From: Clostridiales bacterium
Lineage (GTDB): Bacteria; Bacillota; Clostridia; Christensenellales; UBA1242
DNA: 64,000 nt
NCBI GenBank assembly: GCA_015069395.1
Contig: SVIR01000002.1
Coordinates: 82,005-146,004 of the forward strand
Reading direction: 5' to 3'
Positions 15,565 through 25,722 of the stretch are shown one piece after another; position 1 is the first letter of the stretch; every line of letters begins with the position of its first letter. Below the pieces are notes generated by a model. The model had not been told where the DNA came from. It was given only the letters and a program-made list of their open reading frames with translations, and did no database searches. A program made the position numbers and the translations under genes.

Positions 15565-18258
15565 ATGGCAATTTATAAACTAAATTCTAAAAAGAAAAAA
15601 GAAAGCACAAGAAACACAAAAAAGATTGTTGGTTTTTCTTTGCTAGGCTCTGCTTCAGTTGTTTTTCTTTTCTTGACGGGCATCGTAAAACCTTTGCAAA
15701 CATTTTTGCTTGGAATCTTCGGAGTCTTTGGGTTTCCGATGTGTTTAGCGATGTTTGTAGTTGGTTTGGCTCTTGTAAACAACAGAAAATATGTTATGAC
15801 AAAAAAATATACCATTTGTTTGATATTGGCCGTATTTTTTACTCTTTGTGTCTTGCAATTGGCAATTGTAGGAAACAAAGGAGATCTTTCATTTTGGCAA
15901 TATTTGGGCAAAAATTATACTGACAAATGGACTGCCGGTGGGTTTTTGATTGGCTTTTTTAGTTCTATCTTTTTGTATATTGCAAGTTATGTGGGGGCTT
16001 TTATAATTTCAGGTCTTGGACTTGCGATATCAATTGCTCTTTTAGTAGACAGCTTAAACGCTATGAAAAAGCAAAAGCAAGACGATGGCAATGTTTCGGT
16101 TTCAATCAAAGACAAAAACGAAAGTCTTTTTGATAGGCCTGAACAACAGCAAGAAGAGACGATTGAAGAGACTCCAAATATTGTTTTAAACGGCAATTTG
16201 AAAGAAGAAGAAAAGAAATTGACTGCTAGACAAATATTGGGACTAGACAAGTCTATATCCTCTTCTGCCCAAACAAAAAAAGTTGAAGAAGAAAAGAATG
16301 CAGAGCCAGAGCCTCCAAAATCATTAAAACAAATAATTTTGACTCCTCCAAAGATTGATATAGACGAGTACTTTAAGGACATAAGAAAACCAAGTCAAAT
16401 GCCAGAAAAAGCAGAAGTGCAACAATCTCTTTCAGCGCTTAAAACACAGGAAGAAGAACCAAAACAAGTTTATTTTGAAGACGAATTCAAACCTGACAAT
16501 CGTCCAATTGTAAGAAAACCACTTCCAGAAGTTAAGTCTGAAGAACTTGTAGAACAAGCTGACGATATTTTGCAAAGTGCTATTAAAGAAGAGAAAGAAA
16601 ACAATCCTGATATTTTTGAAAACCTTGACCCAGAGACAAATGTAATAAACAAATTGCCGGACAGAAACAATAGTGGCAATTTTACGGGCAGAGGGGAGTT
16701 TGCTCCAAGAGATTCTGTAGGAGACAACAGAAGGAGAATCTTTGATATTCCAGAAAATTCAAAGCCTGTAGAACGTGAGCCAGAAAAGAAAGAGCCTTAT
16801 ATCTACGAAAAGCCGCCGATTAATTTTATCACAACTCAAAGTGTGGATTTGTCAACATTAAACGAAGATGTTGCTGCAAAAAGAGTTTTGCTTGAAAACA
16901 CTCTCGAAACTTTTGGCGTTCCTGCAAAGGTGCAAGGTGTAGTTGTTGGACCTGCAGTAACTAGATACGAACTTGAAATGCCTCAAGGTATTTCTGTAAG
17001 CAAAATCAAAAACAGAGCAGACGATATCGCTTTGTCATTGGCTGCAGAAGGCTCAATAAGAATTGAAGCTCCAGTGCCAGGGAAGAGCGTTGTTGGAATT
17101 GAAGTTCCAAACTCTACAATAGCGACAATAAGTTTGAAAGATGTTATTGCTTCAAGAGAATTTAATCAAAGTTCTTCTCCACTTACTTTTGCATTGGGCA
17201 AAGACATCACGGGAAACACAATTTGTTGTAATATGCAGAAGCTTACTCACTTGCTCGTAGCTGGTTCTACTGGTTCAGGAAAGAGTGTGTGCCTTAATTC
17301 GATTATTTTGAGTATTATTTACAAGGCGTCTCCAGAAGATGTTAAGATAATTTTGATTGACCCTAAGAGAGTTGAATTTTCAAACTATGAAGCTTTGCCT
17401 CACTTGGTTATTCCAAAGATTGTGTGCGACACGCAAAAAGCGATCAATACTCTTGCGTGGGCTGTTAGTGAAATGGAAAGAAGATTTGAAATCTTGGGTT
17501 TTGCTAGAGTTAAGAATATTGACGAATACAATCAAACGCCAGATGTTGTTTCTGGAAAGGTTGAAAAAATGCCGTTGATTGTAATTATCGTAGACGAACT
17601 TGCTGACCTTATGATGACAGGAAAGAAAGAGGTTGAAGAAAAAGTCTGTCGTCTTGCACAAAAATCACGTGCTGCAGGTATCCACCTTATTTTGGCAACT
17701 CAAAGGCCATCTGTTGATGTTATTACAGGGCTTATCAAGAGCAACTTTCCATCAAGAATTGCTTTTGCTGTAACAAGTGCTGTTGACTCAATGACTATTT
17801 TAGATAGAGTAGGTGCTGAAAAACTTTTGGGCAAAGGGGATATGCTTTATTATCCAGTCGGGGCCCAAGAGCCTAAACGTGTTCAAGGATGTTTTGTTAC
17901 GACGAGTGAAATCAACAAGATTGTGGATTATGTAAGAGACAACAATGACACAATCTTTGACCCAGAGGTAGAAGAGAAGATTGAAAATCCAAACCAAAAT
18001 AATCAAAACTCAAAAGGATTGGTAAACAATGATATTGACGAACTTTTGCCAGTTGTTTTAAAGATGTTTATTGAATGTGGTCAGGCATCAATCACAATGA
18101 TCAGGCGTAGATTTGCAATTGGTTATGCAAGAGCTGCGAGAATCATTGATCAAATGGAACAAGCAGGGTATATTTCAACTGGAGATGGGGCTAAAGGTAG
18201 GGCTGTTTATATAACGGAAGAACAGTTTAAAGAAATTTTTGGAGAACAATACGACTAA
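15565..18258 (+). CDS. ftsK: DNA translocase FtsK/SpoIIIE
   Basis: N-terminal 4 TM helices and a long charged linker. Motor domain with LLVAGSTGSGKSV (Walker A), IVIIVDELADL and ATQRPSVDVITG. C-terminal gamma wHTH. Confidence 0.9.
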   Translation: MAIYKLNSKKKKESTRNTKKIVGFSLLGSASVVFLFLTGIVKPLQTFLLGIFGVFGFPMCLAMFVVGLALVNNRKYVMTKKYTICLILAVFFTLCVLQLAIVGNKGDLSFWQYLGKNYTDKWTAGGFLIGFFSSIFLYIASYVGAFIISGLGLAISIALLVDSLNAMKKQKQDDGNVSVSIKDKNESLFDRPEQQQEETIEETPNIVLNGNLKEEEKKLTARQILGLDKSISSSAQTKKVEEEKNAEPEPPKSLKQIILTPPKIDIDEYFKDIRKPSQMPEKAEVQQSLSALKTQEEEPKQVYFEDEFKPDNRPIVRKPLPEVKSEELVEQADDILQSAIKEEKENNPDIFENLDPETNVINKLPDRNNSGNFTGRGEFAPRDSVGDNRRRIFDIPENSKPVEREPEKKEPYIYEKPPINFITTQSVDLSTLNEDVAAKRVLLENTLETFGVPAKVQGVVVGPAVTRYELEMPQGISVSKIKNRADDIALSLAAEGSIRIEAPVPGKSVVGIEVPNSTIATISLKDVIASREFNQSSSPLTFALGKDITGNTICCNMQKLTHLLVAGSTGSGKSVCLNSIILSIIYKASPEDVKIILIDPKRVEFSNYEALPHLVIPKIVCDTQKAINTLAWAVSEMERRFEILGFARVKNIDEYNQTPDVVSGKVEKMPLIVIIVDELADLMMTGKKEVEEKVCRLAQKSRAAGIHLILATQRPSVDVITGLIKSNFPSRIAFAVTSAVDSMTILDRVGAEKLLGKGDMLYYPVGAQEPKRVQGCFVTTSEINKIVDYVRDNNDTIFDPEVEEKIENPNQNNQNSKGLVNNDIDELLPVVLKMFIECGQASITMIRRRFAIGYARAARIIDQMEQAGYISTGDGAKGRAVYITEEQFKEIFGEQYD

Positions 18259-18274
18259 AAACAAAGGAAAGTTT

Positions 18275-19606
18275 ATGGATAAAAAACTAAAAAATAAAAA
18301 GGTGTCTGCAATTTCTTTGGGGTGTGATAAAAACAGAGTTGATCTAGAAAAGATGTTGTTTAGGCTCAAGGATTATGGATTTGAAATAGTAGAACAACCA
18401 AGCGAAGCAAATATTGTTATCGTAAATACCTGTGCATTTATTTCTCCGGCAAAAGAGGAAGCTGTAGACAATATTTTTCAGATGTGTTTACTTAAAGAAA
18501 AGGGTGTTCTTGAAAAAGTTTTGGTAAGTGGGTGTTTGCCTCAAAGACACAAAGAAGAACTCTTAAACGAAATCCCTGAAGTAGATGCTTTTTTAACTGC
18601 AAAAGACAATGAAAAGGTTTGTCAAATAATTGAAAATCTTTATGGAGCAAAACCTTCTTCAAACAAAGCAAAGAAAGGCCGAGTTTTTACAAGTCGTGGT
18701 TCTTATGCCTATTTAAAAATCGCTGAAGGTTGTAGCAACGTATGTTCTTATTGCACAATTCCAAGAATTAAGGGTAAATATCAAAGTTTTCCTATGGACG
18801 AGATTATTGACGAGGCAAAAATGTTGGCCTCTCAAAACATTAAAGAAATCATTTTAGTTGCGCAAGATGTTACTCGTTATGGTGAAGATTTGTACGGAAA
18901 GAATTGTTTAATTGACCTATTAAAAAAACTTTGCAAAATTGAGGGCATTGAATGGATAAGGCTACACTATGCGTATCCAGAAAAAACAGACGATGCTCTT
19001 CTTGAATTTATGGCTAAAGAAAACAAAATGTGCAAATATTTGGACATTCCTCTGCAACATATTGACGACAAAGTTTTGATTAGTATGAGAAGAAGGTTAA
19101 ACGAAGAAAAAACTAGAGCTTTGGTCAAGAAATTGACGACGCATTACAAAGATTTTCACTTGAGAACTACTTTTATAGTAGGTTATCCAGGGGAGAAAAA
19201 AGAAGATTTTAAAAAGCTTTGTGATTTTGTTGAGGAAACGAAATTTGATTATGCTGGATTTTTCCCTTATTATCGAGAAGAAAATACAGTAAGTTATTAT
19301 TTAGAGGATCAAGTTTCTAAATTTACCAAAATGAAAAGGCTAAAGAAAATTCAAAAGATTCAAGGTGAACTTGCTTTTGAAAAGGCAGAGCAAAAAATTG
19401 GAAAATCTTTCAAGGTTTTAGTCGATTATTTTGACGAAAATACTGGATATTTTGTTGGGCATACAGAATTTTTATCTCCTTCGGTTGACTTTGGGGTGGA
19501 AATTGTGGATAATGAAAATATCAAGGTCGGAGAGTTTGTAGAGGTTAAGTTTACAGACTTTGACGGCGCTAATTTTAAAGGGGTGTATTATGAATCTTCC
19601 AAATAA
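18275..19606 (+). CDS. rimO: Ribosomal protein S12 methylthiotransferase RimO
   Basis: Start moved to MDKKLKNKKVSAISLGCDKNRVDLE. CSNVCSYCTIP radical-SAM triad. C-terminal TRAM-like segment present. Confidence 0.8.
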   Translation: MDKKLKNKKVSAISLGCDKNRVDLEKMLFRLKDYGFEIVEQPSEANIVIVNTCAFISPAKEEAVDNIFQMCLLKEKGVLEKVLVSGCLPQRHKEELLNEIPEVDAFLTAKDNEKVCQIIENLYGAKPSSNKAKKGRVFTSRGSYAYLKIAEGCSNVCSYCTIPRIKGKYQSFPMDEIIDEAKMLASQNIKEIILVAQDVTRYGEDLYGKNCLIDLLKKLCKIEGIEWIRLHYAYPEKTDDALLEFMAKENKMCKYLDIPLQHIDDKVLISMRRRLNEEKTRALVKKLTTHYKDFHLRTTFIVGYPGEKKEDFKKLCDFVEETKFDYAGFFPYYREENTVSYYLEDQVSKFTKMKRLKKIQKIQGELAFEKAEQKIGKSFKVLVDYFDENTGYFVGHTEFLSPSVDFGVEIVDNENIKVGEFVEVKFTDFDGANFKGVYYESSK

Positions 19607-20216
19607 AATAACTTGTATTAGATTAGCTTTGATACCAGTTTTCATTTTCTTCTACTTGGCTGATTTTATTCCTTATGGAAAACTTGTTGCAGGAATAGTT
19701 TTTGCGATTGCTTGCTTTACTGATTTCCTTGATGGACATATTGCTAGAAAAAGAAATCTTGTTACAAATCTTGGCAAATTTTTTGACTCTATAGCAGACA
19801 AAATATTGGTTATGGCAGGACTTTTGGTCTTGGTGGCTTATCCAATTGTTCCAAATGGTGGAACAGAAGTTTTGCCGGCAATTACACCATTGTATGTAGG
19901 GGTTCCTGCCGCAATAATTATTCTTGCTAGAGAACTGATTGTCAGTGCATTGCGTCAAATTGCTGCTACAAAAAATATTGTTTTGGCTGCTGATATGTAT
20001 GGTAAAGTTAAGGCTGTTTTTCAGTTTATTACATTGATTTATTATTTCATTTATGCGTTTATTGTTGAAGAATTTTATTTCGCAATCGCAGGCACAGCAA
20101 ATGTAGTATTAAACATTGTCGGATATGTATTGTTGGGAATAACAATTGCTCTGACAATAGTTTCAGCGTGGAAATATATTTCAAACAATAGAAAGGTATT
20201 TAAAGATGCAGATTAA
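19590..20216 (+). CDS. pgsA: CDP-diacylglycerol--glycerol-3-phosphate 3-phosphatidyltransferase
   Basis: MNLPNKITCIRL...FTDFLDGHIARKRNLVTNLGKFFDSIADK (CDP-alcohol phosphatidyltransferase motif). Confidence 0.85.
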   Translation: MNLPNKITCIRLALIPVFIFFYLADFIPYGKLVAGIVFAIACFTDFLDGHIARKRNLVTNLGKFFDSIADKILVMAGLLVLVAYPIVPNGGTEVLPAITPLYVGVPAAIIILARELIVSALRQIAATKNIVLAADMYGKVKAVFQFITLIYYFIYAFIVEEFYFAIAGTANVVLNIVGYVLLGITIALTIVSAWKYISNNRKVFKDAD

Positions 20217-21180
20217 GGTTGTTGTTTTTTCGACAGAACAAACCAAAACTTCATATACACTACAAGAAATCGAAAAGTCCTTGCTCCAAAAAGGGCTTTT
20301 TGACTTTTCTTTTTTATCAACCTCTTCGTTTGAAGAACTTGTGTCGATTTATAAAGATTTAAAAGAAGAACATATATTTGTAGTTTGTGAAAATGACTTT
20401 ATTGACAAGTTTGTGGAGCAGGTTCGAAGCTCTTCAGACAAAATAGCGCTAATCGACGAACAGGCGATTAAGATAGATTCTCAAACTGTTTTCAAAAACA
20501 CTATGATTGTGCCTATAGAAGTGGAGTTCCAAAAGTTTTTAGACAAGTTTGCTTCTGGTGAAACGGCTTTTGTTTGCTCGATTTTTGGTAAGAGTAGAAG
20601 TTTTGTTGAGTCTCAGTTTAAAGAATTGTCAGTTGAAAAGTTTGTTGTGCTTACCGAAGGGCATTTTTTACATAAAGTCTATTATTCAAAGCAATTAAGT
20701 CGTGAAAGCTTGAGAAATGCTTTCGGATTGTCAATTTTTTCTTTTGAAGGAGAAAGTTTGCAAGAATGTTGTTCTAAAAAGCTTGAAGGAAAGATGTTGT
20801 CAGTAGCCGAAAACCTAACAAAAGGCAATTTGGCGATAAGATTGGCAGAAAAGACAAGTTGTTTGAAAGACCACTTTTTGATTTTGAAAGAGGGTGATTT
20901 TGAAAAGATTGATATTGATAAAAAATTTCTCGACGAAAATGGAACGGTCAGCAAAGAGACTGCTTTTGTTATGGCTAAAAAACTATTAAAAAATTGTGAG
21001 TTAGCAGTCGCAATTACAGGTTTTGATTGTGATGCAGGCAGAACTTTTGTAGCAGTCGGAAACAAAAATGAAATTAATGTTTTTTCTTCAACATTTTACG
21101 GAAGTTCAGCTGAAATTATTGAAAATGTTACTGATTTTGCGCTATTTAGGACTTTAATGTTTTTGAAAGAAAAATATTGA
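20206..21180 (+). CDS. CinA-like protein (divergent), called mainly from pgsA-cinA-recA synteny
   Basis: 324 aa. The C-terminal LSVAENLTKGNLA...GTVSKETAFVMAKK...AVAITGF follows the CinA/PncC-domain pattern (AESCTGG...GAVSxExAxxMA...TGIAGP) but with changed residues. Confidence 0.45.
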   Translation: MQIKVVVFSTEQTKTSYTLQEIEKSLLQKGLFDFSFLSTSSFEELVSIYKDLKEEHIFVVCENDFIDKFVEQVRSSSDKIALIDEQAIKIDSQTVFKNTMIVPIEVEFQKFLDKFASGETAFVCSIFGKSRSFVESQFKELSVEKFVVLTEGHFLHKVYYSKQLSRESLRNAFGLSIFSFEGESLQECCSKKLEGKMLSVAENLTKGNLAIRLAEKTSCLKDHFLILKEGDFEKIDIDKKFLDENGTVSKETAFVMAKKLLKNCELAVAITGFDCDAGRTFVAVGNKNEINVFSSTFYGSSAEIIENVTDFALFRTLMFLKEKY

Positions 21181-21240
21181 TATTTTGCTTTGAATTTTAA
21201 GGCTTATTGTTTATAATATAACTATTAGGAGAATATGATT

Positions 21241-22275
21241 ATGGCAGAGAAAAAAGATGCAAGAGAAGAGGCTCTCGAACAAGCATTGCTTAAAATTGAA
21301 AAAGATTTTGGAAAGGGTGCTATTATGAAACTTGGCGATCGCCCATACCAAAAAATTGAGGTTATCCCTACGGGTTGTTTGACTCTTGATTTGGCTTTGG
21401 GAGTAGGTGGAGTTCCTCGTGGTAGAATTATCGAAATTTATGGACCAGAGTCTTCTGGCAAGACTACTGTTTCGCTTCATATTGTTGCAGAAGCACAAAA
21501 AAATGGTGGCCGTGCTGCGTTTATTGATGCAGAGCACGCACTTGATCCAGTTTATGCTGAAAAATTGGGTGTAGACATTAAATCTCTTTACGTTTCTCAA
21601 CCAGACAATGGCGAACAAGCATTAAATATTTGTGACACACTTATCAGATCAGGAGCTTTTGATATTATAGTTGTAGACTCTGTTGCGGCATTAACGCCAA
21701 AAGCTGAAATTGATGGTGAAATGGGAGACAATCACGTTGGCTTACAAGCAAGAATGATGAGCCAAGCTTTGAGAAAAATGACTTCAGTTTCAAGCAAGAG
21801 CAATACTGCAGTTGTGTTTATCAACCAATTGAGAGAAAAAATTGGGGTTATGTTTGGAAATCCAGAAACAACAACGGGTGGAAAGGCACTCAAATTTTAT
21901 GCAAGTGTAAGACTTGACGTTAGAAAAACCGACACTATCAAAGATGGTGCAAATGTAGTTGGAAATCGTACAAGAGTTAGGGTTGTTAAAAACAAACTCG
22001 CTCCGCCATTTAAAGAAGCAACATTTGATATTATGTACGGACAAGGAATTTCAAAATCAGGTTGTGTGCTTGATATGGCTGTTGATCTTGGAATTATCAA
22101 AAAGTCTGGCGCTTGGTTTAGTTATAACGACGAAAAAATTGGACAAGGAAAGGAAAATACTAAGCTTTATCTTGAGAAAAATATTGAAGTTATGGACGAA
22201 GTTGAGGGCAAGATCAGAGAACAAATCATTGGAAATCAAGATATCCTTGACTCTGACGACAAGAACGAAGACTAG
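21241..22275 (+). CDS. recA: Recombinase RecA
   Basis: [34 protein letters not shown]. An ATG at 21235 is also in frame, but SD aggag spacing favours 21241. Confidence 0.95.
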   Translation: MAEKKDAREEALEQALLKIEKDFGKGAIMKLGDRPYQKIEVIPTGCLTLDLALGVGGVPRGRIIEIYGPESSGKTTVSLHIVAEAQKNGGRAAFIDAEHALDPVYAEKLGVDIKSLYVSQPDNGEQALNICDTLIRSGAFDIIVVDSVAALTPKAEIDGEMGDNHVGLQARMMSQALRKMTSVSSKSNTAVVFINQLREKIGVMFGNPETTTGGKALKFYASVRLDVRKTDTIKDGANVVGNRTRVRVVKNKLAPPFKEATFDIMYGQGISKSGCVLDMAVDLGIIKKSGAWFSYNDEKIGQGKENTKLYLEKNIEVMDEVEGKIREQIIGNQDILDSDDKNED

Positions 22276-22280
22276 AAATC

Positions 22281-24536
22281 TTATATATACCACTTCTCTT
22301 TTGAGGTGGTTTTTTTATTGCTTGTTTTTGTCATTTTAAACGTCTTTTCTGAGGTTAGATCATTATTCTCACCATATTGTGCCAGTATTTTAATTAAACT
22401 ATCATTTTCGGCAAAATTTATACGTATTTTCGTATTTCCTTGTCTGTCTTTGATTGTTTGATATGGCACATTGTCTTTAAAAATTTTATAGTTTATATGT
22501 TTTTGAGCGTTTACTTCCAAAACTATTTGATTGTTTTCAACCTCACAAATAGCTTCAATGGCTGGCTTTTCTAAAAAATTTTGAGAAACTTCAGAAGGCG
22601 TGTTAAAACGAGAAAATAGACATTTCTCAACATATCTTTCGGGTGCATAAGGGCTTGCTAAAACTAAACGATGGTTTTGTTCTTTTTCTATTGCATCAAT
22701 ATCAACAGTTGTTACACTTGAAGGAATATCAAAAGTGTTTTTTTGATAAGATTGTGAAGAAATATATTCTTTTGCTACTTGTGTTGGTTGATTTCCTCCG
22801 GCAACAGAAAAAGGAGTGTTTGAAAGATCTCCATACCAAATTCCAATTACTTCTTCAGGGGTGTAACTGATATTGTAAGCATCTGTGTTTCCTTTTTGAT
22901 TCTTCTTGCCGACAGTACCTGTTTTTGAGGCAATTTCGGTGTGTTTAATTTCACTTAGCTTTCTAGCAGTTCCATTTTTTGCTGTTTCCTGTAAAATATT
23001 TGTCATAAGGTAGGAGCTGTCTTCTCTAAAAACCATTTGAGGTGAATTTTTATGAATATAAACAAGCTTGTTGTTTTTGTCTGTTATGTATTGTATGAAA
23101 GAAGAAGGAGCATATTCTCCTTTGTTTGGAAAGACTGTATATGCAGATGTTAATTCTTTCAAATTTACACCGTAAGACATTCCTCCTAAAGCGAGAGCAT
23201 AGCTGTCGTCAGATTTGTCAAAGTTTATACCAAGTTTTTCAGCGTAATGCTTGCCGGTGTCAATTCCTATATAGCTTAAAACTTTGATTGCAGGAATATT
23301 TATCGAATCTTTAACAGCGTCGGTTACGGAAACGTATCCGGAATAGTTTTTGTTGACATTTGTAGGAGAATAGTCTCCGATTTGTATTTTTTCGTCCAAA
23401 ATTTGTGTGGAGGGACTGATTACACCTTCGTTGAGTGCTGGGGCATAAACTAGAATGGGTTTTAAACAAGAAGCCGGCTGTCTTTTTGCATCTAAAATTT
23501 TAAATTTGCTATTTCCAGAAAAAGCAACAACCCCATTCGTTTTCGAATCAATTACAATTCCGGCATTATCAATATTGTCTAGCTTGTTTTTTGATAAAAT
23601 ATCGGTCAATATAGATTGTTTTTCTTTGTTTTGATAGGTGTGAATTTTATAACCATTGAGAGCAATTTTTTTTGTTGGCATATTCAATATCTTTGATGCT
23701 TCGTCAAGGCTTGCTTGTGAATAAGAGTTGAGACGATTGTGACTTTTTTTGTTTATGTCTAAAACTATAGGTTGATTTTGAGTGTTTATTTTTTCTTCGA
23801 CGGAAATTTTTCCGTCTTTTTCCATTTCGCTCAAAACCAAATTTCTTCTTTTTATTGCATTTTCATAATGATTGATAGGAGAATATCGAGATGCAGATTT
23901 AATCATTCCTGCCAAAGTGCAGCTTTCGTTTAGATTGAGGTCTTTTGCACTTTTGTTGAAATAATAATTTGCGGCACTTTCAATTCCGTAGCAATTGTTT
24001 CCAAAATAAATTATGTTTAAATAACTTTCTAATATATCATTCTTGCTAAAAGCTTTTTCTAGTTTTCTTGTAAGGGCGATTTCTTTGAGTTTTCTTTCAA
24101 ATGTTTTTTCATTGCTAAGATGTGTGTTTTTGACGAGTTGTTGGCTGATTGTAGAGGCCCCTTCCTTCAATCGCCCACTTTTTATATTGTTTATCATTGC
24201 TTTTACGATTCGCTTTTTGTTTATGCCATTGTGTTTAAAAAAATCTTTATCTTCAACTGAAATAAAGGCTTGTTTTGTGTGTTCATTTAAGTTTTCAAGA
24301 GAGACAAAATCTCCATTGAATTGATTTTCTTCTTTTATTGGTCGGTTTTCAAAATCATAAATTTCAACTGCCAAAGACGGATTTGTAATACTGTCGACGT
24401 TAAGGGGGATTTTTTGAAACTTTAGATAATTTATTGCCACAAAACTTCCACATAACGTGACCGAAAAAACTATAACAATAACAAACCCAATTAGACATCT
24501 TTTGACAATTTTCTTCATTTTTCTATTATGTTTCAA
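22281..24536 (-). CDS. Class A penicillin-binding protein (GT51 transglycosylase plus transpeptidase)
   Basis: EDKDFFKHNGIN, GASTISQQL, RKLKEIALTRKLE. Transpeptidase motifs SCLKP (SxxK), SINIPA (SxN) and KTGT. Confidence 0.9.
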   Translation of the reverse strand: MKHNRKMKKIVKRCLIGFVIVIVFSVTLCGSFVAINYLKFQKIPLNVDSITNPSLAVEIYDFENRPIKEENQFNGDFVSLENLNEHTKQAFISVEDKDFFKHNGINKKRIVKAMINNIKSGRLKEGASTISQQLVKNTHLSNEKTFERKLKEIALTRKLEKAFSKNDILESYLNIIYFGNNCYGIESAANYYFNKSAKDLNLNESCTLAGMIKSASRYSPINHYENAIKRRNLVLSEMEKDGKISVEEKINTQNQPIVLDINKKSHNRLNSYSQASLDEASKILNMPTKKIALNGYKIHTYQNKEKQSILTDILSKNKLDNIDNAGIVIDSKTNGVVAFSGNSKFKILDAKRQPASCLKPILVYAPALNEGVISPSTQILDEKIQIGDYSPTNVNKNYSGYVSVTDAVKDSINIPAIKVLSYIGIDTGKHYAEKLGINFDKSDDSYALALGGMSYGVNLKELTSAYTVFPNKGEYAPSSFIQYITDKNNKLVYIHKNSPQMVFREDSSYLMTNILQETAKNGTARKLSEIKHTEIASKTGTVGKKNQKGNTDAYNISYTPEEVIGIWYGDLSNTPFSVAGGNQPTQVAKEYISSQSYQKNTFDIPSSVTTVDIDAIEKEQNHRLVLASPYAPERYVEKCLFSRFNTPSEVSQNFLEKPAIEAICEVENNQIVLEVNAQKHINYKIFKDNVPYQTIKDRQGNTKIRINFAENDSLIKILAQYGENNDLTSEKTFKMTKTSNKKTTSKEKWYI
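22289..22317 (+). terminator. recA intrinsic terminator, lying inside the 3' end of the convergent PBP gene
   Basis: accacttc-tctttt-gaggtggt followed by ttttttt. Confidence 0.6.
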
Positions 24537-24562
24537 TATTTGTTAAAAATTCAAATTTTGAC

Positions 24563-24591
24563 TTGCTTAATCGAGATTTTTTTTGTATAAT
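24563..24591 (+). promoter_or_regulatory. Sigma-A-type promoter TTGCTT-17-TATAAT placed 6 nt before the miaB ATG (predicts a leaderless mRNA)
   Basis: -35 at 24563-68 and -10 at 24586-91. The ATG at 24598 is where a TSS would be expected. No SD. Confidence 0.45.
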
Positions 24592-24597
24592 ATGGCT

Positions 24598-25722
24598 ATG
24601 AAATATTTTATAGTTACATATGGTTGTCAAATGAATGTGCACGAGTCTGAAAAGTTGGCTGCGATCTGCGAAAAAATGGGTTATACCTTGGCAGAGAAGC
24701 GTGAAGAAGCAGACTTGATTGTTTTCAACACGTGTGCGATTCGAGAAGGGGCAGAAGATAGAGTTTTTGGAAATGTTGGGGCTTTGAAAAAGTTGAAGAA
24801 GCAAAACCCTTCTCTTATTATTGCAGTTTGTGGTTGTATGACACAAAAAGAGACCACTGCAAATCATATTATGAAGACATTTCCTTTTGTCGATATAGTT
24901 ATTGGCACGTTCAACTTGCCAAACTTTGAGCATTATGTAAATGCTGTAAAAACCGGTCGCCAACTACATATTTTGGAAGAAGGGGATATTGACGAAACTG
25001 TTCCTTATAAACGTACAAGTGGAGAAAATGCTTGGGTAAATATTATGCAAGGATGCAACAACTTCTGCACATATTGTATCGTGCCATATGTTAGGGGCAG
25101 AGAAAAAAGCAGACAAGAAGAAAATATTTTGAATGAGATACGTGAGCTTGTCGCAACAAAGAAATACAAAAAAATAACTTTGCTTGGACAAAATGTGAAT
25201 TCTTATGGAAAGGATTTAGACCCACAAGTCTCTTTTGCAAAACTTTTGAAAGACATTTGTGCAATTGAGGGAGATTTTAAGCTTTGGTTTATGACCTCGC
25301 ACCCAAAAGATTTGACTGACGATGTTATTGAAGTAATAGCGCAAGAAGATAAAATATTGAAAGACATCCACTTGCCAGCACAAAGTGGAAACAATCGAAT
25401 TTTGCAACTTATGAATAGGCGATATACAAGAGAAAAATATCTCTCAATTATTTCAAAAATCAGAGAAAAAATGCCAAATGCAAGAATAACTTCTGACTTT
25501 ATTGTAGGATTCCCAACCGAGACTGAAGAAGAATTTGAAGACACAATGAAGCTTGTTGACGAAGTTAAATATGACAGCATATTTGCCTTTATGTATTCTC
25601 CAAGAGAGGGGACGGTTGCTAGCAAAATGGAAGGGCAAATCCCACAAGAAATAAAGCAAAAAAGAGTAAACAAACTTTTGGCACTTGAAAAGAAAATTCA
25701 AAAGCAGGAAGGAAAGAAATGA
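24598..25722 (+). CDS. miaB: MiaB-type tRNA methylthiotransferase lacking the C-terminal TRAM domain
   Basis: MKYFIVTYGCQMNVHESE..., NTCAIRE, CNNFCTYCIVP. It ends ...LLALEKKIQKQEGKK right after the radical-SAM core, overlapping the mutS start (ATGA). ORF-track start is 24583. Confidence 0.8.
   Translation: MKYFIVTYGCQMNVHESEKLAAICEKMGYTLAEKREEADLIVFNTCAIREGAEDRVFGNVGALKKLKKQNPSLIIAVCGCMTQKETTANHIMKTFPFVDIVIGTFNLPNFEHYVNAVKTGRQLHILEEGDIDETVPYKRTSGENAWVNIMQGCNNFCTYCIVPYVRGREKSRQEENILNEIRELVATKKYKKITLLGQNVNSYGKDLDPQVSFAKLLKDICAIEGDFKLWFMTSHPKDLTDDVIEVIAQEDKILKDIHLPAQSGNNRILQLMNRRYTREKYLSIISKIREKMPNARITSDFIVGFPTETEEEFEDTMKLVDEVKYDSIFAFMYSPREGTVASKMEGQIPQEIKQKRVNKLLALEKKIQKQEGKK

Noticed and set aside
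21181-21240. LexA (Cheo box, GAAC-N4-GTTC) operator upstream of recA
   Set aside because: No such motif is visible in the 54-nt upstream region. Only a TTGAAT-16-TATAAT promoter is seen. The absence may be real but cannot be interpreted from this window alone.
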